Shown one piece after another: positions 1-13,297 of a DNA stretch of 64,000 bases. The notes beneath the pieces are model-generated. The model was not told the DNA's origin, did not search any database, and saw only the letters and a list, made by a program, of their open reading frames with translations. The translations under genes and the position numbers were made by a program. Origin of the DNA: Oculina patagonica (taxonomy: Eukaryota); assembly GCF_052425735.1 (NCBI RefSeq), contig NC_135766.1, positions 11,594,001 to 11,658,000 of the forward strand, given 5' to 3'. Position 1 is the first letter of the stretch. Each line of letters begins with the position of its first letter.

Positions 1-426
1 GCCTTCAAAGAGCATCTCTTCCAGCGGGTTAGAAGCAACAAAAACACTCTTGCAATGGTGACGTTCCTTGAACAATTGTGCAATTTTTCCAAGCCTCTCA
101 CCTACACCAACTACAATGTCAGTCGTAAGGTCTTGTGGTGGGAAGATCAACCAATCAACAGGGTCATCAAAACCTGGCTGTTCCTTTGCTTCAACAATGG
201 TAATACCATAACTGGCAGCTTCTCTCTTGTCCTTTTCACTACACGAATCTTCTTCTGGAACAAACAAAGTGACTCTCATCCAAGGGATTTTTGCCAATTT
301 AATGGCAAAGTCAATGGCAAAAGTTGATTGGGATGACGAGTAGGGAACAGCAACGTGCAGTGGACCGCTGGAGGAAAAACTTCCACTTTTGTCTACTGTA
401 CATTTTGAGCTGTTATCAGAGCAACA
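1..426 (-). CDS. GT4 glycosyltransferase-like exon (second GT domain of gene D), truncated by window edge
   Basis: Phase-0 acceptor ttgctattgcag|TGT at 426. Open frame to the edge reading CCSDNSSKCTVDKSGSF...AIKLAKIPWMRVTLFVPEEDSCSEKDKREAASYGITIVEAKEQPGFDDPVDWLIFPPQDLTTDIVVGVGERLGKIAQLFKERHHCKSVFVAS. Near-duplicate of the exon at 5056-6196. Not in the ORF track. Confidence 0.85.
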
Positions 427-830
427 CTGCAATAGCAAAGCAGAATGTTTTAGAGCAAAACCGACTGTGCATTAATACTTTTTGTATATGTACCATGAGT
501 GGTACTATTTTACTATATAAACTGCTTAACTAATAGATTCCATTTTGCAAACAAATTATACAAGTTACAAATTATTTGAGATATCTCTTTCTTCATATTT
601 TAACCAAATATGGTCGAGTAGATGATGTCATCATTTTGCTTATTTGCATATTTTATAAACTTGAATATCTCTGGAAAGAAACGAGATATTTGAAAACAGT
701 AAACAGAGTTTTTTCTTCTCACACAGACTTCTTGCTCATGTTTTAAAACGCTTTATACAATAACCGAGCTAGTATTGCGTCTGTTGTGATTGGGTGATGC
801 CTGTCATCTATTAGAGTACAGACGCACAGA

Positions 831-1222
831 TTCAGTTGCACAAAGCAATCCGTCACTTACATGCCAATTGATATTTGGAAAGACCTTCCATCTTCTTTGA
901 AAGACTTAAGTGTGTTAGCATTTCCCAAGCAAATAAAACGTTACCTCCTGTCAGAACAAAAACTAAACTGATTCTCCACTAAACTAAGTCTGTAAATTCG
1001 TAAGTCCTCTTCCCTATTGTTACTTATTAATCACCTGCTTTTTATACTATTGATAACAGTAATTGTACGGGGAGCTAACTTAAAAACCTACCGGTTCATT
1101 TAGCTCCCCAGCTCAATACTAAATTAACTACAAATTCCTGTAATACCTTATTTCTATTTAATTAAGAATACGAACACAATGTTCTGTAAACTTTAATATG
1201 AGCGAAATAAAATTATTATTAT
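831..1222 (+). mobile_element. 3' remnant of a CR1/L2-type LINE
   Basis: Translates as ...SCTKQSVTYMPIDIWKDLPSSLKDLSVLAFPKQIKRYLLSEQ, resembling the C-terminus of CR1/L2 ORF2. Ends in aaataaaattattattatt. Confidence 0.55.
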
Positions 1223-2065
1223 TCAAGAAATCATTGAAATCTGTATGAAAGTGTTTGACTGATGTTGTACAGTTGGAAGACGCTGCGGGAAACAAATGAA
1301 TGGGGGTTGAACACTTTGGTTAATGCTTACAGATTTGAGCAACTTTTCAAACCGGAATAAAGGTTAGTTTTTTCATAACTGACTTTCAATATACCATTTT
1401 TCTGCTTATTTAATCGGTTTAATAACAGAGCTTCGTGGTTACGGAAACTTTATATATCATGAAGTCACTTTTGAAAATGTACGTTGCTAAGCAAATGAAA
1501 CGTCAAGTTTAGTAAAATGCATTATTTTGTCATGTTTATAACTGCTGTTTGTTTTATATTTTAATTTTTTTATTAAAAAAACTGCTTCAAAAATTGCTGC
1601 TTCAAAATAATCTGTCCTCCTCAACAAAAAAATACACAATTATAGCGGAGCTCCTAAGCGTAGCACCATAACCATGAAAGAAGGAACACTATCGAAATGA
1701 GTTTTCATGGTCAACATGGATAGCGGCATGGTTCGCGGGCGCGTACGTACGGCGTACATACCTAGTACGGAGTCGCGCAACATGGCGGCCATAGTTTGAT
1801 GGTAGAAAGAGTGAAGCAAGAAGGCCGTATAAAGGCGGCCTTTGAAATTTAAAGAGGTTTGAAAAGAAAAACAAGAAGCAATGAAACAAAATGTGGCTGA
1901 AAATTACGTGTAGAAAGTAATCGACCGCCAAAAAAGTGGACATTGAGAGCCATAATCGATCGATGACTTTCGTGTCTATCTGTAAAGCCAGCATCGTACA
2001 TGAAGGAGCATTCGAAAGCTAAATCGGGTTGATATAATAAACAAACCATTTTATTGCTACGGGGT

Positions 2066-2155
2066 ATAAAAAAAAAAAAACTTGACCCTCTGGGATTTGA
2101 ACTCACGACCTCCCGAGCCGCAGACTGGCACCTTACCGATTGAGCTAATCCGACA
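2066..2155 (-). repeat. tRNA-derived segment (Pol III A/B boxes + oligo-T), not a functional tRNA
   Basis: Minus strand GTCGGATTAGCTCAATCGGTAAGG...GAGGTCGTGAGTTCAAATCCCAGAGGGTCAAG(T)n. A and B boxes are present but the acceptor stem does not pair. Confidence 0.65.
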
Positions 2156-2416
2156 GACTCTGTAATGCACGTTGAATATATCCTATATCAATGTAATAAA
2201 TATTGTGGAGTCTACTAAACTGCTGCGAAACTATAACAGGATCGCGAAACTATTTTCTATTGCTAGAAAGCAGATAATTTACTGTACTCTAAAGTAATTT
2301 TTCGTGCCATGAGTAATGATTTTGCCCCGCTTTAAGATTGTTATTTTTGTCGTACTGCTGACATTCAGTTTAACCGTGAGCTATTTAAATTTGTCTTGCA
2401 CCTGGGCATTTCCACA

Positions 2417-3375
2417 GTTACGGACGTTACATTCAGAGTCATTTTTGAAACTTTAATCTAGCACAGGCAAAGAATAGGAAGAGGTTGTCCAATGTTACAT
2501 TGATTATCATGTTTGTGCCTACTGAAGCAATACTTGAGTTATAAAAGTTTTCCACTTGACTGGCCTATTATGTTAAAATAGAGCAAAAAACTCACCGTTA
2601 CGGACGTTACATAAAAAACAACCACATGAGCAAGAGCACTGGTATTAATGGAAAATTCCTGTGAAGTGTCAGGGCTTATTGCATGAACTGCTCCAAATAT
2701 TTGAAGTATAGTAGTTGTGTGAACCAAAAAGCTTCATTTCATTTAAACTCACTTTCGCAATTATACAATGCTATGTGAACTTTAACGTTACGGATGTTAC
2801 AGCCAATGTTACGGACGTTACACTGTGTGATTTATTATATTATTTTGTATTGTTGGCCACATTTTTTTTGGACATTTAAGTTCAAAATGGCTTGTATTTA
2901 ACATTTTATAAATCAAACTGGTTGGTACTTTATGTTAAAGCTGTGAAATGTCCCAACACAGTATGAAGGACACTACGTGTATTTTACATAAAGTACTCAG
3001 CCTTAAACATGAGCATGCTCAAACTATCATAGGCCCACAGACATATACTGGACTCCAGTGGGTATAATCCATTCCTTCTCTAAAACACTGCTTTCTTTGA
3101 GAATTCACATATCCAAAATTGCCTTTAACTGTGGCAGAAACAGTCCAAATCACAAGCTTCAAGAATTGTAACGTCCGTAACGTAACGTCCGTAACAAAGT
3201 TTTGTTACCATTTTTTGGAAAATGTTGCAGTTTTTCAGGGACCGCTTTTTACCAAAGTGTTTCTGAAGAATATTTAGCTTTGTGGCAGAAATATCTTGGA
3301 AATCTTTTCAATGGTTGTTTCAAGAATGGAAAAAGATTGTGTAAACGTTACGGACGTTACGTAACATCCGTAACA
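2417..3375. repeat. Dispersed GTTACGGACGTTAC motif array (probable DNA-transposon interior)
   Basis: Motif copies at ~2417, 2597, 2788, 2808 and 3346; inverted copies at ~3168-3195 and ~3361. Confidence 0.55.
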
Positions 3376-3875
3376 AAATTTACTTTGTTAATAACTTTTT
3401 TTTAAAAAGTTCAGGGTGAAATTTATTTTTTTTATGTATTAACTCCTTTGAGGTATTTCTTCTGATATAACTGTTTGTAGACACAAATCATTTCCAAATT
3501 TTATAAAGCAAGTTAAAAAATTTGTCTCTCACCTATTGGTTATTATTAAAAATTAAACACTTACTTTGGAGACCCCCCATGAATGCGTTGCATTCACAAG
3601 CGAACTGAAACTTATTTTTCTATGTACTATAACTTGTCAACAATATAGTGCATGGTATGATTTTATGTCCAATCACTTTTTAAAAATCTGGATTTTTCAC
3701 ATTCTCACATGGAATTGCCCACCTATAAACCGCCATAAACATTAGTACTTTGGCCGCTTATTCACTAGAATGAAAACATTGTAAGCTCCAGTGAAAATTA
3801 AATAAATGGGGAGCTCCGCTTTTAGGCGTGCCTAAATCTACATATTAATAGTTTATACTAACAATGTTCTCTTAC

Positions 3876-4129
3876 CTTTTCTATGTCCTCTTGTTTCTTC
3901 TCTTCTAGATCTGTTAACTGGCAGTCCTTAGATGTGACTTGGTCAACTGTCTCCATTCCTTCACTTTGCTCCTCACTGGGGCCAGAAGGGACCTTTTCGA
4001 ATCTTGTTTTCCCTGTACAGTCCTGGCCAAGTGAACTAATGGTGTGAACTGGCACACAGTTTTCACTCTCCACGGACTTTTGAAAAGTCACTCCGGTACT
4101 CTTGCCCTGGTCTTGGCTCTCTGGTGATA
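3876..4129 (-). CDS. Disordered charged linker exon of gene D (phase 1 to 0)
   Basis: Acceptor ttattag|TA TCA CCA at 4129; donor AAG|gtaagag at 3876. 254 nt, SPESQDQGKST...LEEKKQEDIEK. Phases fit both flanking GT exons. Confidence 0.75.
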
Positions 4130-5055
4130 CTAATAAATCATAGAAACACAAACAGTAAGCTAGTGTTACCACCATTTGCATTGAAACCCGACTTCAGAAG
4201 TCAAAAGGTTTCCAAGATTTCCATCAATCAAAGGTTGAAGGGGGTTTCCGACAACATTTGGCACAAGCGATCACGAAAGTGAACTGGTGATAAATAAATT
4301 TCATTGCAGCCAAAACTCCAATAAACTGCTTTTTAACAGATTTGTAGCTAAGTTGCCAAAAAGGGCTTTGTCTCCCTAAACCGTTGGAATTAACACTAAA
4401 AACATAAAAGATACAAAATTTTTATGTTCATCGAGCTGCACTGTGGTGCGACATTTAGTCTGGCACTGTCACCTTCCGTCGTATAAAAATATTTTTTTCA
4501 TAAAATCTGTAAGCCGTTTAGTTCCATTCAGTTTACAAATGCAAAAGATTTAAAATGAAGGTAAAGTCTTTTTAAAGCCCTGAAAACTTTAGTGGTGATC
4601 ACAGCATTTCACAAAAGTTGCATGGAGGCTAACTGACCAGAAGCTAATCATCTTGGGAACTAAACTACAAAACTAATATCCAATTGAATATTAGTCATTA
4701 CATCACAAATTATCAAGAGCTCATTTAACTGTTACACTCCAACACTGTAAGGTGTAATGCTGACTGAACTGCATCTTTTTTTTTCGGTTTCTTTTTATGT
4801 CATGCACACAGTTCAACATGCCCTATGCGCCACTGGGCATTTAAAGGATTGATGACACAGTTCAACAAACAGCACAACTTCCAATATTATGCTGAAATGC
4901 CTTGCTACAGTGTTAAATTGTACAGAAAATTTTAAAATACTTTGCTTTGACAGCCCAATGATCACAGTGCAACTTTTCACTTGATTATGCGATTGACATT
5001 TCTGATTGAAATTCTTAGAGAAAATAATACAAAATAAAAGAAGTTACGTTCATAC

Positions 5056-6196
5056 CAGAAACAATGCTAGACATCTTATTAGCCAAATCTCCACACTGTT
5101 CCTCCCAACTGAACTTCTCATTATAATGCGCGCGCTGTGTTGCAGCCTGCTCAAGCCTTTCCTTCCTTTCTGTTTCTCGCACTTTCTTGATTGCCTTGGC
5201 CCACACCTTGGCATCCTCAGAATCCACAGTGGATGATGTACCAGACTCAACCTCTCTGAGGGCTTCACCGAATCCTGAATCCCCATGTACCAGGATGGGC
5301 AGACCAGCAGATAATGCTGCAAGAGCTATCATTTCAAATCCCTGTTCACCTGAAGGCATGATGGCAAGGTCTACCTCACAGAGCAATCTTTTCAAATCTT
5401 CTTCACATTTTGGAGGGCTTCGAATAGTAAGCTGACTTTCAGAAATGCCATGATTTTTGGAAAACTGCTTCTGGTTTACTTCTGCTGCATTAACATAGAA
5501 AAGATGATAAGATCTGTCATCCAACTCTGCAACTGCTTTTGCAGCAATGTCAAGTCCCCCTCGGTTGCTACTATCTAAGACCAACACACGAAACTTTCCA
5601 CCACCATTTGTAGCGTGGTTCTCATTCAAAATTTCACAAAATTTACTAAGTAAGCCTGGGGTAAGGTTGAAAACTTTTTTCATGTCAAAACAGAGAGAAG
5701 CAGACAGTTTCTCTGTCATCTTTGGCCCAATGGCAATAGGCAGATCAGCCGCTTGACAGAGTCCAACATTTCTCTGATGCCTCAATTCTCTATCCTTTAG
5801 GGTGGTATTTTTATCAATTGTACCTTGGAATGTAAGGTCCTGATCATCAGGGTCTAAAGCTACATAAATGCTCTTACAATGGAGACTCTCCTTCAAATGT
5901 TCTGCAATTTTTCCAAGTCTCTCACCTACACCAACTACAATGTCAGTAGCAAGGTCTTGTGGTGGGAAGTTCAACCAATCAACAGGGTCATCAAAACCTG
6001 GCTGTTTCTTTGCTTCAACAATGGTAACACCATGTCTGGCAGCTTCTCTCTTGTCCCTTTCACTACATGAATCTTCTTCTGGAACAAACAAAGTGACTCT
6101 CATCCCAGGGATTTTTGCCAATTGAATAGCCAATGTATTCAGTACAGTCAGGCAACGCCAGCGTGGTGCCAGGATGATAACTTTCAATGGGTAAAC
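5056..6196 (-). CDS. GT4 glycosyltransferase-like exon of gene D, catalytically degenerate
   Basis: Acceptor ttgcag|GTT at 6196; donor G|gtatga at 5056. GT-B/GT4 signature region DLAIMPSGEQGFEMIALAALSAGLPILV lacks both Glu of E-x7-E. Confidence 0.88.
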
Positions 6197-7254
6197 CTGC
6201 AACAGAGGAGCATTAGCTGACTCAGCATTAATGAGTACGGTATTCACATACTGTAAGTGACATGTTGCTGACATTGGCTGCAGCTGCACTTAGAGAGTTG
6301 ACTGGGTTAATTTTCTAGAAACCCGGGTTAAAAAATTCCACAAAACTTAACTCGGTTAAAGTATCACTAACTCGGTTAAATTTTTTTAGCGGCCGCATTA
6401 AGATCAGACCAGACTGAAGTGATGTCATGATTAAGCTATTTGAAAACAAGCGAAAACGGCCGGCTTTCATGATAATTCTATTACTTTCTCAATTCTTCTC
6501 CTGCTTTTTTTATTTATTTCAATGCATTTTCGACTTACACCGTTCTTTCCCTTCCTAATGGGTTCTATGCAAATATTCAAGCCCAGTTGTTTCGAATAGG
6601 TTTTTTTTCACAGTCGTTGTAAGGCTCATCGCTCGTCTCCATATTGAAATCGCCCTTAAGTGTGCATTTTCCAAAGAATCTGCGAAGAGCTCGAAGAGAT
6701 CATCAGAAACTATGATAGCCCTGTTGGAGCCAAATAATCATTGCTCAGGTGGTTCTAGAGTTTCCTAGTAGCAAGGGAAATTATAGAATTAAGCCGCTAA
6801 TTGTGTCCGAATGCCATGTTTGCGTGCACGTGTGATGGAAAAGAACATCTTTATGGTGACGATTGACACATTTGACAAATAAAGCAATAGTTGAATCTGA
6901 TAAAAGAACACTAACCTCAGGTTAAAACTACCCAGAAAGGTGGTTTAGAATTAACCTAACCCAGTTAAAAAAATCTATTGTTGATTAATTTCCATGGGAG
7001 CCGCTTACTGGGTTAAGAGTCGGTTAACTTTCCAAATAAGCGGCCTTATTAGACATTTTTTCAAACCCATTTAATTTTAATTGATTAATTGGAAATAACC
7101 CGGCCATTTTATATTTAAAATAAATAAGCTGAGTGAGTTTTTCGTTAGAAACTGGATTTAAAACACTATCAAGTAGCATCTATAACACTTTTACAAATAA
7201 AATTAAATCTTGATTGCACTAAATACACACATGTATGTACATGTACATGTATAC

Positions 7255-7295
7255 CTTTTTGTCGCCCTTCTTAAGAAGAGAAGGAGGACTGGAAT
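7255..7295 (-). CDS. Candidate 41-nt linker micro-exon (phase 1 to 0) upstream of gene D GT exon
   Basis: taag|AT TCC AGT CCT CCT TCT CTT CTT AAG AAG GGC GAC AAA AAG|gtatac = (D)SSPPSLLKKGDKK. The acceptor is weak. Confidence 0.3.
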
Positions 7296-10200
7296 CTTAT
7301 TATCTGACAAAATGTCACAGAACATACATGTTTACTTTTATTTAATAAGTGGTAACTACACTGTACATAATAATTAATTAATTGCCAGAGTGACATTTTC
7401 TTGTTGTATCAAACCTGGATCCTAGTCAGCCTGCACGATTTTCAATGTCATTGAAATTATGAAAACTGTATGGTGAAGTGAAATCTTATTGCACTGCTGT
7501 AAGTTGTGTTTAACTTACTGGAAGTCTGTTTAATGACCTTATTAAGCAGTTTCACAGTGATCCTTTTGGTTTATATACATCATCCTATAACTCAGTACAA
7601 GCTCGAGCAAATTTGAATTGAAAGTTGCAAGTTGTGATGAGCAAACTGTCAATCAATACTGGAACATTGTGCCGCAATATTGCAGAGTTCCCGTCAAAAG
7701 AACATCCGGTTTGACTGTAATGTTTGAATCTAAAATAACTTTGTTAGAGTTATTTCTGTATTTTCTACTGTAGGGTAATTTTAAAAAGTTAGAAAAGAAT
7801 TGTCAAAAAGAATTGGTAGTGATGAAAATGAATTTAAGCCATGCCCACAAAGCAAGATGTTGGCACCATTTGGGTGTTTCTTCCAAAAGTTTGGATGATC
7901 ACTCTGCTAGTTATTTTTATGAGATAACAAACCGGGTAATCCCTGGGACCTTAACATTATGACTTTACTAAAGACACCCTTAAAGTGCAATCAAATATAT
8001 ATGGTTCCCTTTAGGCACTGATCAAATTGAAATTTCAACAGACCCCACATGCATCAGAACTTAAATTGAAAATTGGTTAATATTGAAATTCCCATACCCT
8101 GGGCCAAAAAGGGGGTTTAAATGCCCCCACATTAGGGTCATATCACAAACACAAATACCCTCACCCCAAGACATACATGGCATTAAAAATGAGGAGCAGA
8201 TACTGGTTGGAGACCCACCAGGTTCTTGGGTCTAAAAGATTCCCCAATGCTGTTTGACAAACCACGCTGAATAGAAAGTATGACCTTGAGGGTTTTTTGT
8301 GAAAATCAAATTTAGTTTTTTTAAGCTAAAAAAGAAATGCTGTGGGGGTTCATGTGGGACTCATTTGGGAGAATACTGTGTCCAATATATTTCAGAAAAT
8401 ATTGGACTGGTGATGGAGCAATCAGATTGGTTGTTTTCTGTTATTTGCCCTTGGACTACCTAAATTGTGTTATAAAAGCAAATACATATACTGTCCCGTG
8501 AAAGCTCACACAAATTTACCAAGATTGTTTATATGCTGAATATCAAGATGGTATCAAATCCAGCCATTTTGTTCAAATTCCCTTCTACCCTCTCCATATG
8601 ATGTCAAATAGCCCTGCACCCCAATAACAACTGCCTATGTCAAATTTATGTCCCTCAGGGGACATCAAGGAGTCAAAATGCCAGCTTATGCCGAGGGGAA
8701 AATTATGATTGAAGTCTCTATTTGATCGATTACTACAAATTATGAAAAACAATTAGCGAGGAACTTTACGGTTTTCCAGCAAGCCCACTTCAACAATCAG
8801 AAAAGTAAAACGGAAAAATAGTACTAATGATCATGAGACGATACTTATAAATGCCTATAGATATAAATAGACCTAAATACTATATTAATTAATCACTCCA
8901 AAATTTTCATTTGGATCACCTAAGCACAAGGCTAAAGAAAAAAACAGTAAAGAACGCTGAATCTCACCGTCTCAAGAAGAAAATCAACTCGTTGACGATA
9001 GAGCCACGGAAGCTCATGATTTAGTCTTAGTACTTTCAAAGGAATGGACTCTTCCTCGTCCATGTTACCAAGCTTTATACAGCTGATCCGTCTCTACATC
9101 TTGTATTGTTTTCACAAATTTCTCATCTGTACCCAGACGTCTTTTCTGTTGTTCAACATGTAGCTAAAAGGCCAAAAAGTGAAAGACTTGCTTCGCCAAG
9201 CAGTTTTTCAGGGTAGTTCGTCGTGTAAGCCACCACAAAACGTCCCGAGCTTATCCTGTACCTTGTTACTTTTGTTGGTCGTGTAAGACTAAACAAAACG
9301 TCCCTTAGATTGATTAAACTTAGTTACTTTTACCTTGTTACTTCTGTTACCTTGTTACTTTGTTATTTCAATCTGTTACTTTGTTACTGGAATGGTTGCG
9401 ATGCAAAGTGTTGCTTTCAGTTTACTGATCGTAGGCGACCAGTCTAGATGCAGATCCTATTAGTCAGCACTTTACTGAAAGTACGCATTACTTGATCATA
9501 TTTACCGTAATATAACAATGCCTAATGAAATTAGTTGATGAAGATTTCCGAAATTTAAATTCCAAATTATTAACGGCTGGAGAAAAAGTGTTACCCTTAG
9601 ATTGAGGTTTAGAGTGCCTCTTGTTGAAAGCTCTGGTAAGCGACTAGTTCTTGTTACGGCCACTTTTTTTGAATTTCCTTGGTGTTCGCTTATGAGAGCT
9701 TCGACTGTAATGGTTACTTTGGTTTGGATTTGCGCATGATATCTCTTCTGAGGCAAAATCATCAAGAGAATCGAATTAATTGTCTTAACTTTTGGAAGAG
9801 CGAAAGAAGATTGGCATACCGGTACCACACACTCTGTTTTGCTTATAAGAAACCAGCCTGGAAAATTAATAATTATATTGGGCATTTTAAGAAATTTCTG
9901 ATCTTACTGCATAACATATTTTGTTCTGCATCATTTATTTGGAAAACTAGAGCAGAGATCAAAGCAAAAGCATTTTCAATCTTGAAAGAGATCGCAAAGA
10001 ACGCCAGTCAGAATGTGATCTGTGATAATAAACTGCCGCTGGAACTTGAATCAGATGACACGCGCAAGATGTGCGCAATATCATTTAATTTAATTTATTA
10101 TCTTGCTATAACAAAGCCTGCTAAAAAAAGTCCAACACTTAATTGAGACTTAAAGACGGATCAGTCATAAACATGTCGCTTGATATTCTGATAGAAGAAA

Positions 10201-11595
10201 ACTATTTTCTGTACAGTTCAAGGCAAAAACATATTCAGGCCCAATCAACATCTTCCCTTTTCCGACAGTAAACAGGCACTGTAAAAGATAAGGCATTGTC
10301 ACTGAAGGATGCGTTGCAAGTTTTTAAAGAATTTACTGAAAGTCTGAAAGTAAGGATGGTTCACATTCTCAGTTACTCTCTCATATTCAGGTTGTGTTTG
10401 GTGGGGGAGTGGGCGAGGGGGGGGGGGGGGAGGGAAGGTGCGTAATACGCATGAGGGTCCTGAGAACGTTTTACGGATTTCACTAAAATTCTAGTTTTAT
10501 CATCTTTCATTACATTTCATGACAAATTAACTTAATTTTCGTTTTCACACTGCAAATCTCTCGGAAAATCACGGCTTACGCCTACGACACAGCAAATCAT
10601 GTTTCGTGAGGAAGACTGAAAGGTCCCTACAAATATGGCAAGTCGCAGCTTTAATTAGTTTTATTCGTGTTTACGTCTCTTTTTCTAACGTTTAGTTAAC
10701 TGTCATCCAAGTGTATTTGTATTTCGTTTGGGAAAAACCTGATTCGACATAGAAACTTTTTGCTCCAAAGTTTTATATATTTCTTCTCCTCTCGGATTAC
10801 TATATATTCCAATTTATTACGAAAAAGGAATAAAGTTCACTGAAGATTTAAAGGACACACCAAATGAACTTAAATATACTTTATTCCATTGCCATGGAAG
10901 CATGGCAAATTTGACTGTCTAAGTAATTCATGCATTCCATTACATTTCACGGGCTACGGAGTCGAAGTGGTTATCAGTATCGAAGTGTTACGAGAGGTAG
11001 ATAGATAGTTTATCTAAAAGGTGATCTATGTACATTAAAACAATGATCTAGTAAAAATCAAACCGACGGGGTCGTAAGCAGAGTTCCGGTTCCGTTTATG
11101 ACTCCGTCGCTTATGATCTGGTGAGAACTAGATTGACCGAGTCGCAAGCAGAAATTAAGTATTCTGAGGGCGTGATTACTAGCACTGTGATTGGTTTGTT
11201 CTTCCGCTAATGGTTGCGACTCCGACAATCTAGTTTTCACTAGATCATAAGCGACGTTATCATTGGAATCGAAGAAAATGGAAACCCTCTCATTCTTCCG
11301 TATGTCCAGTTTCGTAAAGCTTATATATATGTCTGAATTTATCAAAACCGGGTCACGACCAAAAAGCCTGGTCTGCACTTTTTCCAGCAAAAGCACCGTC
11401 CTTGTCAATCAATCAATCAAAAGCAAACTGTCACTTGTTAGCATGCACACCAACCTTGCTTGTGTGTGAAAGCCTCATGGCAGCTTCTCAACCCTGCACG
11501 CAGCCGCCATCTGGAAGTTTAAAGACGATTTCAGCCCCAAAATACCACTTTTGGAAAGTGACCAAACCTTGACTAGGACCACCCCCCCCCCCCAG

Positions 11596-12173
11596 CAAGC
11601 CCACAAATCAATGACTGACCCTGGTCTCCCTTGCGCTGTTAGGTCATTGACTAAGCTACCCAGCACAGGCTCCTGTGACGGAGCCCCCCCTCAATTTTTA
11701 TGCGTGCGGCTGGCTTGAAGGCCGACTGTCATCGGCCTTCAAGCAGGGCTCGCGGAGTCCAAAATTTGTCCAATCAGTGTGTAGAATTTCAAGCCCACAA
11801 TTCAATGACTGAACCTGGTCTCCCTTGGGCTGTTAGGTCATTGACTAAGCTACCCAGCACAGGCTCCTGTGACGGAGCCCCCCCTCAATTTTTATGCGTG
11901 CGGCTGGCTTGAAGGCCGACTGTCATCGGCCTTCAAGCAGGGCTCGCGGAGTCCAAAATTTGTCCAATCAGTGTAGAATTTCAAGCCCACAATTCAATGA
12001 CTGAACCTGGTCTCCCTTGGGCTGTTAGGTCATTGACTAAGCTAACCAGCACAGGCTCCGGTGACGGAGCCCCCCCTCAATTTTTATGCGTGCGGCTGGC
12101 TTGAAGGCCGACTGTCGTCGGCCTTCAAGCAGGGCTCGCGGAGTCCAAAATTTGTCCAATCAGTGTAGAATTT
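11596..12173. repeat. Three-copy ~193-bp tandem repeat with multiple internal hairpins
   Basis: Units start at 11596, 11790 and 11982. Each has GCTTGAAGGCCGA-n6-TCGGCCTTCAAGC, GGCTCC-n6-GGAGCC and TCAATGAC...GTCATTGA stems. Confidence 0.9.
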
Positions 12174-12325
12174 CATGGTGTAGCAAGCTGTGACTGACAA
12201 AAGATGGCTGCTTAGATAACCAAAGTAGTCACTTGGATAGTTAGCTAGTCCTAACCGGATTTCTTCCCTCTCCTGCTAAATAGCAGATTAAAGAAATTTC
12301 CACTCAGGAAAAGCAGAATATAACT

Positions 12326-12490
12326 GTTGTGGTTTAACTTTGTCTTTGGCTTAATATTTTTCAAACCAGTTTGATTTCTATTTCCCTTTGTTTCACATTG
12401 TGATAATGAATGTAAGACAATGAAAATTAAAAATCAAACGGGTTTGAAAAAATTTAAACCAAAGATAAAATTAACATAAAAACCACAACA
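12326..12490. mobile_element. Short palindromic MITE
   Basis: TGTTGTGGTTT...TTCAAACCAGTTTGATTT is mirrored by AAATCAAACGGGTTTGAA...AAACCACAACA. Confidence 0.5.
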
Positions 12491-13262
12491 AAACCATGCC
12501 GAATTCTGACCCTATTTTGATAAATTCAGACATATATATGACTACAGTTACGACTCCAATTTAGATTTTCACTACGTAACAAGCGCTTTGCAATTTGGCA
12601 TAAAGATCAGGATGCCCAAACACGAAGGGCATGTAGCAGACAGAAAAACACAGAATGTAGACACGCAAGAAAATATAGCGGAGACATGCTACAGCGACAC
12701 GTCCCCTGAAACGTGTTCCCGCCACATTTTCTGAGTGTGCACATACCGTGATCTTGTCACTGCTAAACGTACCTTCGTGTCAGGACCTGAAGTGGGCGAA
12801 TATTGTGTTATTAGTTTGATGGATCAAGTGGCTGGTTCAGACAGTATAAGCATAAGCTCATTCCGTATTAAATATCCTCTTTCTATACAAATATACAGGA
12901 AGTAACTTACTAACAAAACGAGCTAGGCCCATTCAAACGAGGGTAAAGAACTGAAAAAAAATGCGAAATATTTTGTATTTTCATTATTTTCTGACTTTAA
13001 TCTATTCGAGTTTCCAAGAATGAATATCTTGTCTTTGCGCTTCCTGTGGTTACCTAGAAAATAGTTAAAAGAACGTTTTTCTCTTTTTCATTTAAGTAAA
13101 GCGTATTAGCTACAGAAAGTAAACGTAAAACTTCTCAAAATACTATCTGATCCAATGGATTTAGAGACATACTGCTGCTGTTGCTTAGAGTACTTTTAAC
13201 AACAGCTACTTAAGGGAATATACCAAACATTTTTTCTAAGATTATAAAAATTTCGTTTTCCA

Positions 13263-13297
13263 CTATATTACAAAACGTTGCTCTTTGGACGCTGCAT
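13263..13297 (-). CDS. Last exon of gene C (alternative coding end DAASKEQRFVI*, or 3' UTR exon after the TM exon)
   Basis: Acceptor ttttattttacag|AT GCA GCG TCC AAA GAG CAA CGT. Paralogous exons begin at 40558 and 58104. Confidence 0.55.

Larger units (their letters stand above)
1640..3846 (+). mobile_element. Non-autonomous Helentron/DINE-like element (subterminal IRs + 3' hairpin) carrying a tRNA-like segment
   Basis: AGCGGAGCTCC at ~1644 is inverted at ~3810 (GGAGCTCCGCT), followed immediately by the hairpin TTTAGGC-GT-GCCTAAA. Flanks are AT-rich. Confidence 0.5.

Noticed and set aside
2080-2155. tRNA gene
   Set aside because: Acceptor and anticodon stems do not pair, and it lies inside a repeat.
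5050-6125. Short plus-strand and alternative-frame ORFs over GT exons (also at 16580, 25209-26415, 41978, 47641, 62057)
   Set aside because: Shadows of the real minus-strand exons; they recur only because the exons are paralogous.
9502-10146. 127-aa and 155-aa ORFs
   Set aside because: No motifs, overlap a MITE remnant, and composition is typical of random AT-rich ORFs.
11596-12173. CRISPR array
   Set aside because: Whole units are repeated with no unique spacers, no cas genes are present and the context is eukaryotic.
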